A stretch of 64,000 nt of DNA from Candidatus Spongiisociaceae bacterium (lineage in GTDB: Bacteria > Actinomycetota > Acidimicrobiia > Spongiisociales > Spongiisociaceae). The notes under the pieces are model-generated. The model did no database searches. It saw only the letters and a program-made list of their open reading frames with translations, and was not told the origin of the DNA. Where the stretch lies: assembly GCA_965219685.1 (NCBI GenBank), contig CBDCOH010000002.1, positions 1,312,001-1,376,000 on the forward strand, read 5' to 3'. The translations under genes were made by a program, and so were the position numbers. This document shows positions 33,330 through 43,393 of this stretch, in pieces; position 1 is the first letter of the stretch; the number at the start of each line of letters is the position of its first letter.

Positions 33330-34184
33330 TCACGTGTCTCGGCGGGACCGCGGCCCGCCGGGTTCGGGTTGGAAGGGACCGTCGCGAGCCTCGAGAAACG
33401 CTCGTATGCCTCCCCTGCGAAATGCCTCGTCGAGGTGCCTGACCTCGGGTGAGTCGCCGGAGGCGTGGGCGATGGTCGCCAGGAAGGCCATGACGTTGTG
33501 GGCGTTCCGTAGTCCCATCGCCTCCAGCCCGTAGGTGGTGATCGCCTTGTTGAGACGCACCGAGTCCGCGGGAACCATGGCGATCCTCCGGGCGAGGGCG
33601 TGGGCCCGGTCCAGCAACTCCTCGGCCGGCACCACCTCGTTCACGACACCCATCCTCAGCGCCTCGGCGGCGTCGAAATGGTCACCTGTGAGCGTGTAAC
33701 GGTGAGCGTTCTTCCAGCCGGCCACCACCGCGAACAGGATCGAAGAACTCGATATCCCCCGGACCTCCGGCTGTCCGAAGGTCGCCTCCTCGGAGGCGAT
33801 GGTGATGTCGGCACACAACGCGTACCAGAACCCTCCGCCGAGACACCAGCCGTTGACCGCGGCGATCACCGGCGTTGACAACTCCATCACGTGCATGAAG
33901 CCTTCCGAGCTCCTCAGGTTGATGTCGAGCCAGTGGCGCAATGTGGAGGCGGCAGTCGCATCGTCCCCCGGGACATCCTCGCCGAAGTCATAGCCCGCGG
34001 AGAAGGCTGATCCGGAGCCTGTCAGGACAATCGCCCTGGCGGTCGGATCGCGGTCGGCCTCGTCGAGCGCGTGATGGAGTTCCCGCTCGAGGCTCTGCGA
34101 CAGCGCATTCATCACATCCGGACGATCGAGGGTGATGGTCGCCACCGCGTCGTCCCGGCTGAAGATGAGAGACTCGTAGTCCAA
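33330..34184 (-). CDS. Enoyl-CoA hydratase/isomerase family protein
   Basis: AFSAGYD, AVNGWCLGGG and FGQPEV motifs. Confidence 0.9.
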   Translation of the reverse strand: MDYESLIFSRDDAVATITLDRPDVMNALSQSLERELHHALDEADRDPTARAIVLTGSGSAFSAGYDFGEDVPGDDATAASTLRHWLDINLRSSEGFMHVMELSTPVIAAVNGWCLGGGFWYALCADITIASEEATFGQPEVRGISSSSILFAVVAGWKNAHRYTLTGDHFDAAEALRMGVVNEVVPAEELLDRAHALARRIAMVPADSVRLNKAITTYGLEAMGLRNAHNVMAFLATIAHASGDSPEVRHLDEAFRRGGIRAFLEARDGPFQPEPGGPRSRRDT

Positions 34185-34302
34185 ACTTGGCGCCTTCCAT
34201 TGGCGAGACCCTTCCTGACAGCTCCGCCACCACCTGTGGCGCCGACGCTGCCCGGCCTCCGCTCACCTAGACTCGCCCACGATCGCGTGGGGAGCAAACC
34301 GA

Positions 34303-35526
34303 ATGCTGGAAGATCTGGGTGTCGAGGGGTTCGTAGGGACACCGTTCCACAAGCGGAGTGCGGCAGCCGTCGAGACATCGTCCTGGTTCCCCTGGCCGCC
34401 GTACATAGTGCCCGACATCTACACCGACTTCAGGGAGGAGCTGGCGGCGATGCGGACGGCCGCCACTCTCAACGAGATGTCTCCCCTGTCGAAGACCCGC
34501 ATCAGTGGCCCCGATGCTCCCCTGCTTGCGAACCGGATCCTCACCCGGAACGCCCAGGCGCAGGAAGTGGGCCAGGTCCTCTACTCGCCGTGGTGCAACG
34601 AAGAGGGGAAGATGGTCGCCGACGGGCTCGTGTTCCGCTTCGCGGAAGAAGAGTACGTGTTCGTGGCCGGGCCCCAGCAACAGTGGTTCACGATGAACGC
34701 CGATGGACTCGACGTCGAGGTCGAGGACATCAGCCCTTCGATCGGCATCCTCGCCCTCCAAGGGCCCAGGTCGACCGAGGTTCTGGAGCGTACGACCGGC
34801 CAGGACTGGTCCTCCCTCAAGTTCTCCCGGATCAGGAGGACGGAGATCGCCGGCGCGCCCGTCGATGTGAGCCGCCAAGGTTTCACGGGCGAGGTGGGCT
34901 ACGAGCTGTGGGTGTCGCCCGAGGGCGCCTGCCCCATGTGGGACGCCCTGGTCGAAGCGGGCAGGGACTGCGGCCTTCGCCCGGCCGGCGAGTACGCCAT
35001 CGATATCGCCCGGGTGGAAGCGGGGCTGCTCATCATCGGGGCCGACTACATGGGGGCCGGCCCCGACCCCACCCCTCCCGTCGACGACCCGACGCAGATG
35101 CGCGAGTGCTCCCCAGTCGAGCTCCGGCTGGGCCGCTTCGTCGACTTCGACAAGCCGCACTTCATAGGCCGACAGGCCCTTCTGGACGAACAGGCGGCGG
35201 GCGGCGCCCCTCGACGGATGGTCGGCCTCACCATCGACTGGCGGGCGATGCTCGAGTACCAGCTCGAGCAGGGCGAACTCGTCCAGATGTTCCCCAGGGT
35301 CCACGACATGCCGCTGCCCGTGATCGACTCGGGAAACGTGGTGGGATACGCCACGAGCGTCACCTGGGGACCGACGGTCGGCAAACTCATCGGGCTCGGC
35401 CACATCGACAAGGAGTCCGCAAACCTGGGAGCGAAACTCTCGGTGCTGTGGTCGGCCAACGGCCGGACCGTCGAGATCGGCGCCGAGATAGTTCGCCTGC
35501 CATTCCGACCGCACCGGCGCGCTTGA
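34303..35526 (+). CDS. GcvT-like aminomethyltransferase / THF-dependent demethylase
   Basis: TPFH, LALQGP, SRQGFTGEVGYE and ARVEAG motifs. Confidence 0.88.
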   Translation: MLEDLGVEGFVGTPFHKRSAAAVETSSWFPWPPYIVPDIYTDFREELAAMRTAATLNEMSPLSKTRISGPDAPLLANRILTRNAQAQEVGQVLYSPWCNEEGKMVADGLVFRFAEEEYVFVAGPQQQWFTMNADGLDVEVEDISPSIGILALQGPRSTEVLERTTGQDWSSLKFSRIRRTEIAGAPVDVSRQGFTGEVGYELWVSPEGACPMWDALVEAGRDCGLRPAGEYAIDIARVEAGLLIIGADYMGAGPDPTPPVDDPTQMRECSPVELRLGRFVDFDKPHFIGRQALLDEQAAGGAPRRMVGLTIDWRAMLEYQLEQGELVQMFPRVHDMPLPVIDSGNVVGYATSVTWGPTVGKLIGLGHIDKESANLGAKLSVLWSANGRTVEIGAEIVRLPFRPHRRA

Positions 35527-35848
35527 GCACTCGGCTGAAACCAGGGACGACCCTCCGTCAGATCATGGGACATCCGTAGAAACCGGGACGCATTCACAAG
35601 CCGGATGGAACCTCTGCTACATGCCCTTCTGGGCCGGACCGTTGAGAGAGAGCCAGGATCTACATCAGGGACTACGGCAGGGAGTGGACTGTACCGACAC
35701 CGTACGAGTGACTCGAGGCGGCTCGTAGGACGCGCGGGACGTCACGGCGTCGGAGCGATCTCCGCCGGTGAACGGGCGAGGATCCACGGCCGGCGAACTG
35801 ATGGGGACTATCGTCAATCACGACGTTGGCGGAGAAGGGGTTTCGGTC

Positions 35849-36988
35849 ATGATCGAATGGCTAGGTATCGGCCATCTCGTCGAGCTATCCGGTTCGGAGG
35901 CGATCTGGGGGTTCTTGACCCCGCTGGTTGCATTCGCCGGGTTCTTCGTGTTGCAGCTCATACTGCCGGGACGCCGGGTCCCCGGCTACGTCATCAATCC
36001 CGAGACCCGCGAACCTCGAAGCTACCGGCTCAACGGTCTCCTCGTCTTCGTAATCGTGGTGATCGTGTGGTACCTCGAGCTCACCGGAATGCCCCGCGAG
36101 TGGTTCTACCGGTCCACCCTCTATGCCGTGGCCGGCGGGACGGTGGTCACCCTGATCCTCGCGATCATCGCCGTGTACAGCCAGCCACCGGGTGAGGTGA
36201 AGAACCCGTTACTGGCCTTATGGATCGGACGGACCCGAGAGCTGTCCTTCTTCAACCAGCGCATCGATATCAAGATGTATTTCTATGTGGTAGGCGGGAC
36301 GATGCTAGTTCTCAACGGCTGGTCCGCAGTGGCTTACCACTACGACCGCTTCGGCGAGGACTCCAACCCCGGTGTTGTCCTGTATACCGCGTTCTTCACA
36401 TGGTATATCGTGGATTACTTCATATTCGAGCGTGTCCAGCTGTATACGTACGACCTGATCCATGAGCGGATGGGCTTCAAGATGTTCTGGGGCGGGCTCT
36501 TGATCTACGGGTGGATGTTCACCCTGCCGCTGTGGGGAATGGCCGTTCACCCGGACCCCGGACTCTCGTCACCGGGCAGGTATGTCTGGCTCATCGGGGC
36601 GTCGGTGTGCTTCCTCTTCGGGTGGGGCATGGCCCGCGGCGCCGCCATGCAGAAGTACACGTTCAAGCGCTGGCCCGACCGCAAGTTCCTCGGCCTCATC
36701 GAGCCGGAGTACATCGAGGCCGGTGACCGCAAGATCCTGGTCAGCGGTTTCTGGGGCTTGTCCCGCCATATGAACTACGGGGGTGAGGGGTTCATCTCGC
36801 TGGGGATGGCCCTGGCGTTCGGCCACTTCACCAACCTGTGGGCTTGGACCTACTTCATCTTCGTCATCATCATGTTCACCACCCGTGAACGCTACGACAA
36901 CAAGTTCTGTGAGGAGAAGTACGGCCCGGAGAAATGGGCCGAGTACAAAGCAAGGGTGAAGTACCGGATCTATCCCTGGGTCTACTGA
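35849..36988 (+). CDS. ERG4/ERG24-family sterol reductase-like membrane protein
   Basis: YRLNG, TYDLIHERMGF, QKYTFK, LVSGFWGLSRHMNYGGE and CEEKYG..W.EY...VKYRIYP motifs. Confidence 0.85.
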   Translation: MIEWLGIGHLVELSGSEAIWGFLTPLVAFAGFFVLQLILPGRRVPGYVINPETREPRSYRLNGLLVFVIVVIVWYLELTGMPREWFYRSTLYAVAGGTVVTLILAIIAVYSQPPGEVKNPLLALWIGRTRELSFFNQRIDIKMYFYVVGGTMLVLNGWSAVAYHYDRFGEDSNPGVVLYTAFFTWYIVDYFIFERVQLYTYDLIHERMGFKMFWGGLLIYGWMFTLPLWGMAVHPDPGLSSPGRYVWLIGASVCFLFGWGMARGAAMQKYTFKRWPDRKFLGLIEPEYIEAGDRKILVSGFWGLSRHMNYGGEGFISLGMALAFGHFTNLWAWTYFIFVIIMFTTRERYDNKFCEEKYGPEKWAEYKARVKYRIYPWVY

Positions 36989-37017
36989 CAAGGATCGCCG
37001 CGGAATCGGGATTACGG

Positions 37018-37048
37018 ATCATCGACAAGTTCAGCTTCGACACCCAGA
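37018..37048 (+). repeat. 31-bp direct repeat of an internal hsdM segment (other copy 38977-39007)
   Basis: ATCATCGACAAGTTCAGCTTCGACACCCAGA versus ATCATCGACAAGTTCAACTTCGACACCCAGA; 30 of 31 identical. Confidence 0.9.
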
Positions 37049-37148
37049 CCTACGGTCCATCAGCGACAGGTTGAGTGATATCCTGTCGCTATGACCGTGG
37101 TAGTGGTCCTGTTATTGCACAACCTTCCCCGAACCGGGGTGTGATCGC

Positions 37149-38450
37149 GTGGCGGAGTATCTGCGCATGTGGTGGGCCCCTCGGTTCGAGGGCCCGTCCC
37201 GGGCGGATCGGATGGGCGGTTGGTATCACCCGTACTCACCGGATCTTCTAGCCGGGTGGGATCCGCTGATTCCGGGATCGTTGGCAGCATCTGTCAGCCA
37301 GGCGGAGGAGGCGGTACGGGAACTGAACAGTCCCACCCACCGGCATCCCGGTTTGGGTGGGCTGGGGCGGTTCCTGCTGCGAGCGGAGTCGGTGGGTTCA
37401 TCGGCTATCGAGGGTCTGAGGGTTGGCCCCCGGCGTCTGCTGGCAGCCGAGGACCAGATAGCACGGGGGCTGACCGGCGCAGACAGCGTGGCGGCGGAGG
37501 TACTCGGCAACATCGACGCCATGCGACAGGCAACAGAGGTCGCCGCTCGGCAACAACCGATCACCCTTGACGGCCTGCTGGAAGTCCACAAGCTGCTGAT
37601 GGACCGCTCCCCGAACCCGGAGCTGGGAGGAGTGTTGCGAGAAGAACAGGGATGGATAGGGGGAGGGAGTTTCAACCCCTGCAACGCCGCCTACGTGCCT
37701 CCTCCCCCCGATCGGGTACCCGAGTTGATGCACGATCTCGTCGCCTATGTGAACACCGATTATCACACTCCCCTAACCCAAGCAGCGGTGGCTCACGCCC
37801 AATTCGAGACGATCCATCCCTTCGGAGACGGAAACGGCCGAGCCGGGCGGGCACTGATCCACATCGTGCTGCAAAGCCGGGGACTGGCGCGCCGGTTCGT
37901 GCCGCCGATCAGCCTGGTCCTCTCCACGTGGTCGGACTCCTACATAGAAGGGCTTGCCACCTTTCGGCATGGAGGCCCGGCGGACAGTGCCCGACGAGAC
38001 GACGCCCTTCAGCCGTGGCTGGACCTATTCGCAGCCGCAACCCGAAGGGCATGCGACGACGCGCTGCAACACAGCACCCGGATCGACCAACTCACCGATG
38101 AGTGGAACCAGAAGCTGGGCCGCTACCGGAAAGGATCGGCCCTGGACCGGCTGGTAGAGGTTCTTCCCGGGGTTCCCCTCTTGACTCCCGATAGGGCAGC
38201 ACGACTGATAGGACGTTCCCCGGTAGCTACCCGAGCCGCCATCACGCAACTCCTCGAGGCCGGGATCCTGCGGCTCCGACCCTCCAGCAGTCCCCGCAAC
38301 CGAATCCTCGAAGCCCCCTCCGTCATGCGCCTGCTCACCTCCCTGGAACGCTCCCTCGCCACCCCTCAAGGCAACACACTCCAGGAGAATCCAGTCCGTC
38401 CGGTCCCCGACAGGCCCCCACCCACGAACGCACCGGTCCAGCCTGGTTGA
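37149..38450 (+). CDS. Fic family protein
   Basis: Canonical HPFGDGNGRAGR motif; N-terminal SSAIEG autoinhibitory-type motif. Confidence 0.93.
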   Translation: MAEYLRMWWAPRFEGPSRADRMGGWYHPYSPDLLAGWDPLIPGSLAASVSQAEEAVRELNSPTHRHPGLGGLGRFLLRAESVGSSAIEGLRVGPRRLLAAEDQIARGLTGADSVAAEVLGNIDAMRQATEVAARQQPITLDGLLEVHKLLMDRSPNPELGGVLREEQGWIGGGSFNPCNAAYVPPPPDRVPELMHDLVAYVNTDYHTPLTQAAVAHAQFETIHPFGDGNGRAGRALIHIVLQSRGLARRFVPPISLVLSTWSDSYIEGLATFRHGGPADSARRDDALQPWLDLFAAATRRACDDALQHSTRIDQLTDEWNQKLGRYRKGSALDRLVEVLPGVPLLTPDRAARLIGRSPVATRAAITQLLEAGILRLRPSSSPRNRILEAPSVMRLLTSLERSLATPQGNTLQENPVRPVPDRPPPTNAPVQPG

Positions 38451-38634
38451 ACCGCCCCGGAACTGAACCTCCGGCTTCATCGGAGAGTATGGCCCCCCGT
38501 TTGGCCCAGGGCCGACACCGTGTCGTTGACCGGGACATGCTCCCCTCGGCATGTCCACCTATATGCCTCGTACTGGTCGACCTGAGGTGGCTCACCCGTC
38601 GGCTAGGTTTGGAGTTCGTGAGCAGAGGTGCTGG

Positions 38635-40656
38635 ATGAGCGACGAGACGATCAACAACCACGGCGCCTTCATCTGGTCGGTGGCCGACCTGCTGCGGGGT
38701 GTGTACAAGCAGTCGGAGTACGGGCGGGTGATCCTGCCGCTGACGGTGCTGCGGCGTCTCGACTGCGTGCTCGAACCCACCAAGGACAAGGTGCTGGAGG
38801 TGGCGGCCAAGCTTCCCGAGTACCTGGAGAACCGAGCGCCGATTCTGAGGCACGCAGCGGGAGAGTCGTTCTACAACACGTCGAAGCACACCTTCAAGAC
38901 GCTGCTGGCCGATCCGGACAACGTGGCCCCGAACCTGCGGAACTACATCGCCGGGTTCTCGGAGTCGGCCCGGGACATCATCGACAAGTTCAACTTCGAC
39001 ACCCAGATCGACCGTCTCGACCAGCACAACCTGCTGTACCTGGTGGTGTCGCGTTTCGCCGATCTCGATGTGCGCCCGGAGACCGTGTCGAACCTTGAGA
39101 TGGGGTACATCTACGAGGAGTTGATCCGCAAGTTCTCGGAGCTGTCCAACGAGACGGCCGGCGAGCACTTCACGCCCCGCGAGGTGATCCGCCTGATGGT
39201 CAACCTACTGCTGGCGGACGATGACGAGCTGCTGACCGCGCCGGGGATCGTCAAGACGATGCTGGACCCGGCCTGCGGCACGGGGGGGATGCTGTCGGTG
39301 TCGGAGGAGTACCTGCGCAAGCTCAACCCGCAGGGCCGTCTCGACGTGTACGGGCAGGAGGTGAACGCCGAGACCTACGCCACATGCCGGTCGGACATGC
39401 TGATCAAAGGCTTGGACGCGTCACGGATCCGGTTCGGGAACAGCTTCGACGACGACCAGCATCGCAACCGCCGGTTCGACTACCTGCTGGCCAATCCCCC
39501 GTTCGGTTTGGAGTGGAAGATGGTCGCCAACCACATCAGAGCCGAACACAAGACCAAGGGTTTCGCCGGGCGTTTCGGCGCCGGCCTTCCCCGCATCAAC
39601 GACGGCAGCTTCCTGTTCCTCCAGCACATGATCTCCAAAGTGAAGCGCCCCGAAGACGGCGGCACCCGCCTGGCGATCGTGTTCAACGGCTCTCCCCTGT
39701 TCACCGGCGCCGCCGGATCAGGCGAGTCCGAGATCCGCCGCTGGATCATCGAGAACGACTGGCTCGAAGCAGTGGTCGCCCTCCCCGACCAACTGTTCTA
39801 CAACACCGGGATCTCCACCTACTTCTGGGTGGTCACCAACCGCAAGTCCGAGAAGCGGACCGGCAAGGTACAGCTCATCGACGCCCGCGAGTCATGGACC
39901 AAGATGCGAAAGAGCCGCGGCAACAAGCGCAAGGAGATCAGCGAGGAGCAGATAGCCGACCTCACCCGCCTCTACGGCGCCTTCGAGGAAGGGCTCCGCT
40001 CCAAGATCTTCCCCAACGAGGCCTTCGGCTTCCTCCGCATCACCGTCGAACGCCCCCTCCGCCTCCGCTGGGAAATCACCGACGACACCCTGGCTGCCGT
40101 TGCCACCGACAAGAAGATCGCCAAGCTCCCGGCTCTGTCGCAGGATCTGGTCGTCGAGAAGCTCCGGGCCGACCATGGCGTCACCTACCACACCGAGAAG
40201 ACCGCCAAAGCAGCCGTCCGGGATGCTCTGGTAGCGGTCATCGGCAAGAAACCCGCACCCCTTGTCAACGCAGTGACCAACGCCCTCGCAGTGCGTGATC
40301 CCGAAGCCCCCGCCGTCACCGACAGCAAGGGCAACCCCAAACCCGACCCGCAGCTGCGTGACTACGAGAACGTACCCCTACCCACCAAACGGGTCACTCA
40401 CGAGACCGACACCACCAGACGGCTCGACACCATCGAATACCAGACCGCCATCGACGACTACCTCGAAGCAGAAGTCCACCCCTATGTCCCCGACGCCTGG
40501 TACGACCCGAAGAAAACCAAGATCGGCTACGAAGTCCCCCTCACCCGCCACTTCTACACCTACACCCCGCCCCGCCCCCTCGATGAGATCGACGCCGAGA
40601 TCACATCCCTGGAAGCTGAGATCCAGACCCTGCTCGCCGAGGTCGCTGGGGCGTGA
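38635..40656 (+). CDS. hsdM: Type I R-M methyltransferase subunit
   Basis: IWSVADLLRG, GEHFTPREVI, DPACGTGGM and NPPF motifs. Confidence 0.96.
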   Translation: MSDETINNHGAFIWSVADLLRGVYKQSEYGRVILPLTVLRRLDCVLEPTKDKVLEVAAKLPEYLENRAPILRHAAGESFYNTSKHTFKTLLADPDNVAPNLRNYIAGFSESARDIIDKFNFDTQIDRLDQHNLLYLVVSRFADLDVRPETVSNLEMGYIYEELIRKFSELSNETAGEHFTPREVIRLMVNLLLADDDELLTAPGIVKTMLDPACGTGGMLSVSEEYLRKLNPQGRLDVYGQEVNAETYATCRSDMLIKGLDASRIRFGNSFDDDQHRNRRFDYLLANPPFGLEWKMVANHIRAEHKTKGFAGRFGAGLPRINDGSFLFLQHMISKVKRPEDGGTRLAIVFNGSPLFTGAAGSGESEIRRWIIENDWLEAVVALPDQLFYNTGISTYFWVVTNRKSEKRTGKVQLIDARESWTKMRKSRGNKRKEISEEQIADLTRLYGAFEEGLRSKIFPNEAFGFLRITVERPLRLRWEITDDTLAAVATDKKIAKLPALSQDLVVEKLRADHGVTYHTEKTAKAAVRDALVAVIGKKPAPLVNAVTNALAVRDPEAPAVTDSKGNPKPDPQLRDYENVPLPTKRVTHETDTTRRLDTIEYQTAIDDYLEAEVHPYVPDAWYDPKKTKIGYEVPLTRHFYTYTPPRPLDEIDAEITSLEAEIQTLLAEVAGA

Positions 40657-41876
40657 ACCTAACCAAGCTCAAGCGTGTGGCAGTTCTTCGGGCTGGCGGG
40701 ACACCGGCCGTACAGTCCGAACGTTTCTGGCGTGAACCACCCGATGGCATTCCATGGGTCGCGATCGGTGACATGTCGGACGGTGGCCTCGTTAGGGAGA
40801 CTGCTCGACACGTTTCAGCTGAGGGGATCACCGACAAGCGTCTTCCGGTCGGACGCCCTGGGACAGTGCTATTCGCGATGTACGCCAGCGTAGGGGCGGT
40901 CGCTGAGCTTGCCGTAACAGCATCCTGGAACCAGGCCCTGCTTGGGATCGAGCCGGTGCCTGGAGTCTCAACTCGGAGGTTCATCCGCTTCTGGATGGAG
41001 CATCTTCGGCCGGGTCTCGGAGCGCTGGCACGGAGCAACACTCAGGACAATCTGAACGCGGAGCAGGTCGGGAATCTCTACTTCCCAGTCCTGCCTGTGG
41101 AGACGCAGCGGGCGATCGCTGACTACCTCGACACCGAAACCAGCCGCATCGACACCCTCATCATCAAGAAGCGCCGTATGATCGAACTCCTCGACGAACG
41201 CGTACGTTCCCGTCGTGACCAGTGGTTCGAGAACCTGTCCTCTACGTATGGGGTCGTGTCCCTCCGTAGGCGATGGTCGCTCATCGAGCAGGGATGGAGT
41301 CCTGTGTGTGACTCTGAACCTGCGGAGGCAGATGAGTGGGGTGTCATTAAGACAAGCGCTGTCTCGACAGGCGTGTTTGTGCCTGATAACAACAAAAGGC
41401 TCCCTGCTGACAAGGACCCAGACATGCGATGGATGCTTCGGGACGGTGATCTGCTCGTCACGCGCGGGTCGGGTTCTAGGTCGATGGTTGGCAAAGCATG
41501 CGTAGCACGTGTCGGACGAAGAAAACTGACCCTCTCCGATCTCGTGTACCGAGTCCGCTTGGTTCGGACTAGTCCTGATTTTGTGGCTGCTGCCACGTCC
41601 AGTTCGGCGGCTCGATCGCAGATTGAGGGTTCTATTCGGACCGATGTCGGACAGACGTTGAAGGTCCGGCGTGACGATCTAGCCAGCGTTCGTATCCCGG
41701 CAGTTCCCTACAAGTTCCAAGCGAGAGAGGTTAGAGATTTGGCGCGGAGGATATCCCCACTCCAGAAGGCTGAACGATTGATTGAGAAGCAACTGGAACT
41801 GCTCGCCGAGCGTCGGCAGGCCTTGATCACGAAGGCTGTGACCGGCGAGTTGACGGTTCCAGCGGATCAGGGTTAG
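40653..41876 (+). CDS. hsdS: Type I R-M specificity subunit
   Basis: PVETQRAIADYLD central conserved region and ERRQALITKAVTGEL C-terminus; GTGA-coupled to hsdM. Confidence 0.92.
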   Translation: MNLTKLKRVAVLRAGGTPAVQSERFWREPPDGIPWVAIGDMSDGGLVRETARHVSAEGITDKRLPVGRPGTVLFAMYASVGAVAELAVTASWNQALLGIEPVPGVSTRRFIRFWMEHLRPGLGALARSNTQDNLNAEQVGNLYFPVLPVETQRAIADYLDTETSRIDTLIIKKRRMIELLDERVRSRRDQWFENLSSTYGVVSLRRRWSLIEQGWSPVCDSEPAEADEWGVIKTSAVSTGVFVPDNNKRLPADKDPDMRWMLRDGDLLVTRGSGSRSMVGKACVARVGRRKLTLSDLVYRVRLVRTSPDFVAAATSSSAARSQIEGSIRTDVGQTLKVRRDDLASVRIPAVPYKFQAREVRDLARRISPLQKAERLIEKQLELLAERRQALITKAVTGELTVPADQG

Positions 41877-41950
41877 CGAGAGTTCTCCATCACTTCGATC
41901 TTGCCGACAGACGAGCGCGATCCACACCAGGGGGCTAACCGTCGTCGTGC

Positions 41951-43210
41951 TCATGCTTCCCAGAGCATCTTGAGTGGCATGGCGAACAGCCCGTAGTCCA
42001 CCTGTTGGACTTGCTCGGCGTCGTGGAGCAGGACGCCGCACGCGAACGATTCGCCTGCGGATTGCCTGAGGCGTCTCAATCCTCGGAAGTCTCGCGGGCG
42101 GACGGTCGCCGCTGCCTTTATCTCGATGCCGACCACCGCTCCGGGCGAACGTTCCAGGACGAGATCGACCTCGACACCGTCCTTGTCCCGGTAATGACTG
42201 ACGGCAGTCGTCTCGTCAGACAGGGCGATGGCCTTGGCCAGTTCCCCGTGCGCGAAGCACTCGAAGAGTGGTCCCAGCATTCTGCGGTCTGCGGCGAGCC
42301 CGGCGGCGTCAGCGCGTAGCAGTGTGGCCAACAGGCCGGAATCCAGAAAGTGCAGCTTCGGGGCCTTGACGAGCCGCTTGACCTCGCGGTGATGCCAAGC
42401 CCGAACGCGCCGGACCAGGAACATGTGCTCGAGCAGGACGAGCCACCGGTCCACCGTCTTGCTGTCCACGCCAAGACGCGAAGCGAGGCTCGACACGTTG
42501 AGCAGACTCCCTGCCGACAGGACCGCATGGTCCACCAGGCGCGCCAACTCATCGCTCTTGCGGACAGAAGCGATGTCGAGGACGTCCCGCGAAACGACCG
42601 ATCGCGCATAGGAGCGCAGCCAGGCGTTACGCCGGGCTGATTTCGGCCGGGAGAGGGCCTCGGGAAAGCCGCCGGACACGACCTTTTCTACCAAGCCGAA
42701 GGTAGGTCCGGTCTGTTCGAGGCTGGGAAAGTCGCCGTCAAACGCCCGGTCCAGGAAGCGTGGCGGGGAGAGGCCCGCGATCTCCGCCTGTGACAAGGGA
42801 AGAAGCTCGATGGTTTCGACCCGCCCGGCCAGGGAATCCGGCGAGATCGACCCCCGAAAGAGGTCGACCGAACCGGTGATCAGGAAGCGTCCGGGGCGGT
42901 TGTCCTCGTCTACGGCTCTCTTGAGAGCCAGGATGAGATCCGGCGAGCGTTGGACCTCGTCGATCACCACCTTGTCCAGGCCGCGGACAAACCCGACGGG
43001 GTCGTCGCGGGCGAAGCGTCTCGACTGCTCGTCGTCCAGGGTGATGAAGGGACGATCGTCGTGTTCTGCGATGCGCCGGACGAGGGTCGTCTTGCCGGAC
43101 TGGCGTGGCCCCACCACTGCGACGATCCGGGTGTCGGTGAGCGCCACACGGATCCGAGCCACCGCGTGCCGGGTGACGAACTCCCCGGCTGCGAGCGTCT
43201 GATACGGCAT
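41951..43210 (-). CDS. AAA_14 ATPase with DUF4143 and C-terminal PD-(D/E)xK-like domain
   Basis: GPRQSGKT, IDEVQ, LITGS, SLAGR, KAPKLHFLDSG and EVDLVLE...IEIK motifs. Confidence 0.9.
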   Translation of the reverse strand: MPYQTLAAGEFVTRHAVARIRVALTDTRIVAVVGPRQSGKTTLVRRIAEHDDRPFITLDDEQSRRFARDDPVGFVRGLDKVVIDEVQRSPDLILALKRAVDEDNRPGRFLITGSVDLFRGSISPDSLAGRVETIELLPLSQAEIAGLSPPRFLDRAFDGDFPSLEQTGPTFGLVEKVVSGGFPEALSRPKSARRNAWLRSYARSVVSRDVLDIASVRKSDELARLVDHAVLSAGSLLNVSSLASRLGVDSKTVDRWLVLLEHMFLVRRVRAWHHREVKRLVKAPKLHFLDSGLLATLLRADAAGLAADRRMLGPLFECFAHGELAKAIALSDETTAVSHYRDKDGVEVDLVLERSPGAVVGIEIKAAATVRPRDFRGLRRLRQSAGESFACGVLLHDAEQVQQVDYGLFAMPLKMLWEA

Positions 43211-43216
43211 GGGTGA

Positions 43217-43255
43217 CCGTCCAATTCGGAATAGAACCCCGTCCAATTCGGAATA
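43217..43255. promoter_or_regulatory. 17-bp direct repeat with 22-bp period just upstream of the AAA gene
   Basis: CCGTCCAATTCGGAATA at 43217 and 43239. Confidence 0.65.
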
Positions 43256-43357
43256 TACCACCGAGTGGAGCTTCCACGAGTCAACACTCACGAGCTACGA
43301 CAGGGCGAGTTCGCGTCATGGCATCAAGGTGACGCCCCTTGGCTGCAGGATGGATGT

Positions 43358-43371
43358 GGCTACAAGTAGCC
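43358..43371. promoter_or_regulatory. Palindromic putative antitoxin operator
   Basis: GGCTAC-AA-GTAGCC, 22 nt upstream of the Phd/YefM start. Confidence 0.55.
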
Positions 43372-43393
43372 TGAGGGTTCTAGGAGGGGTGAG

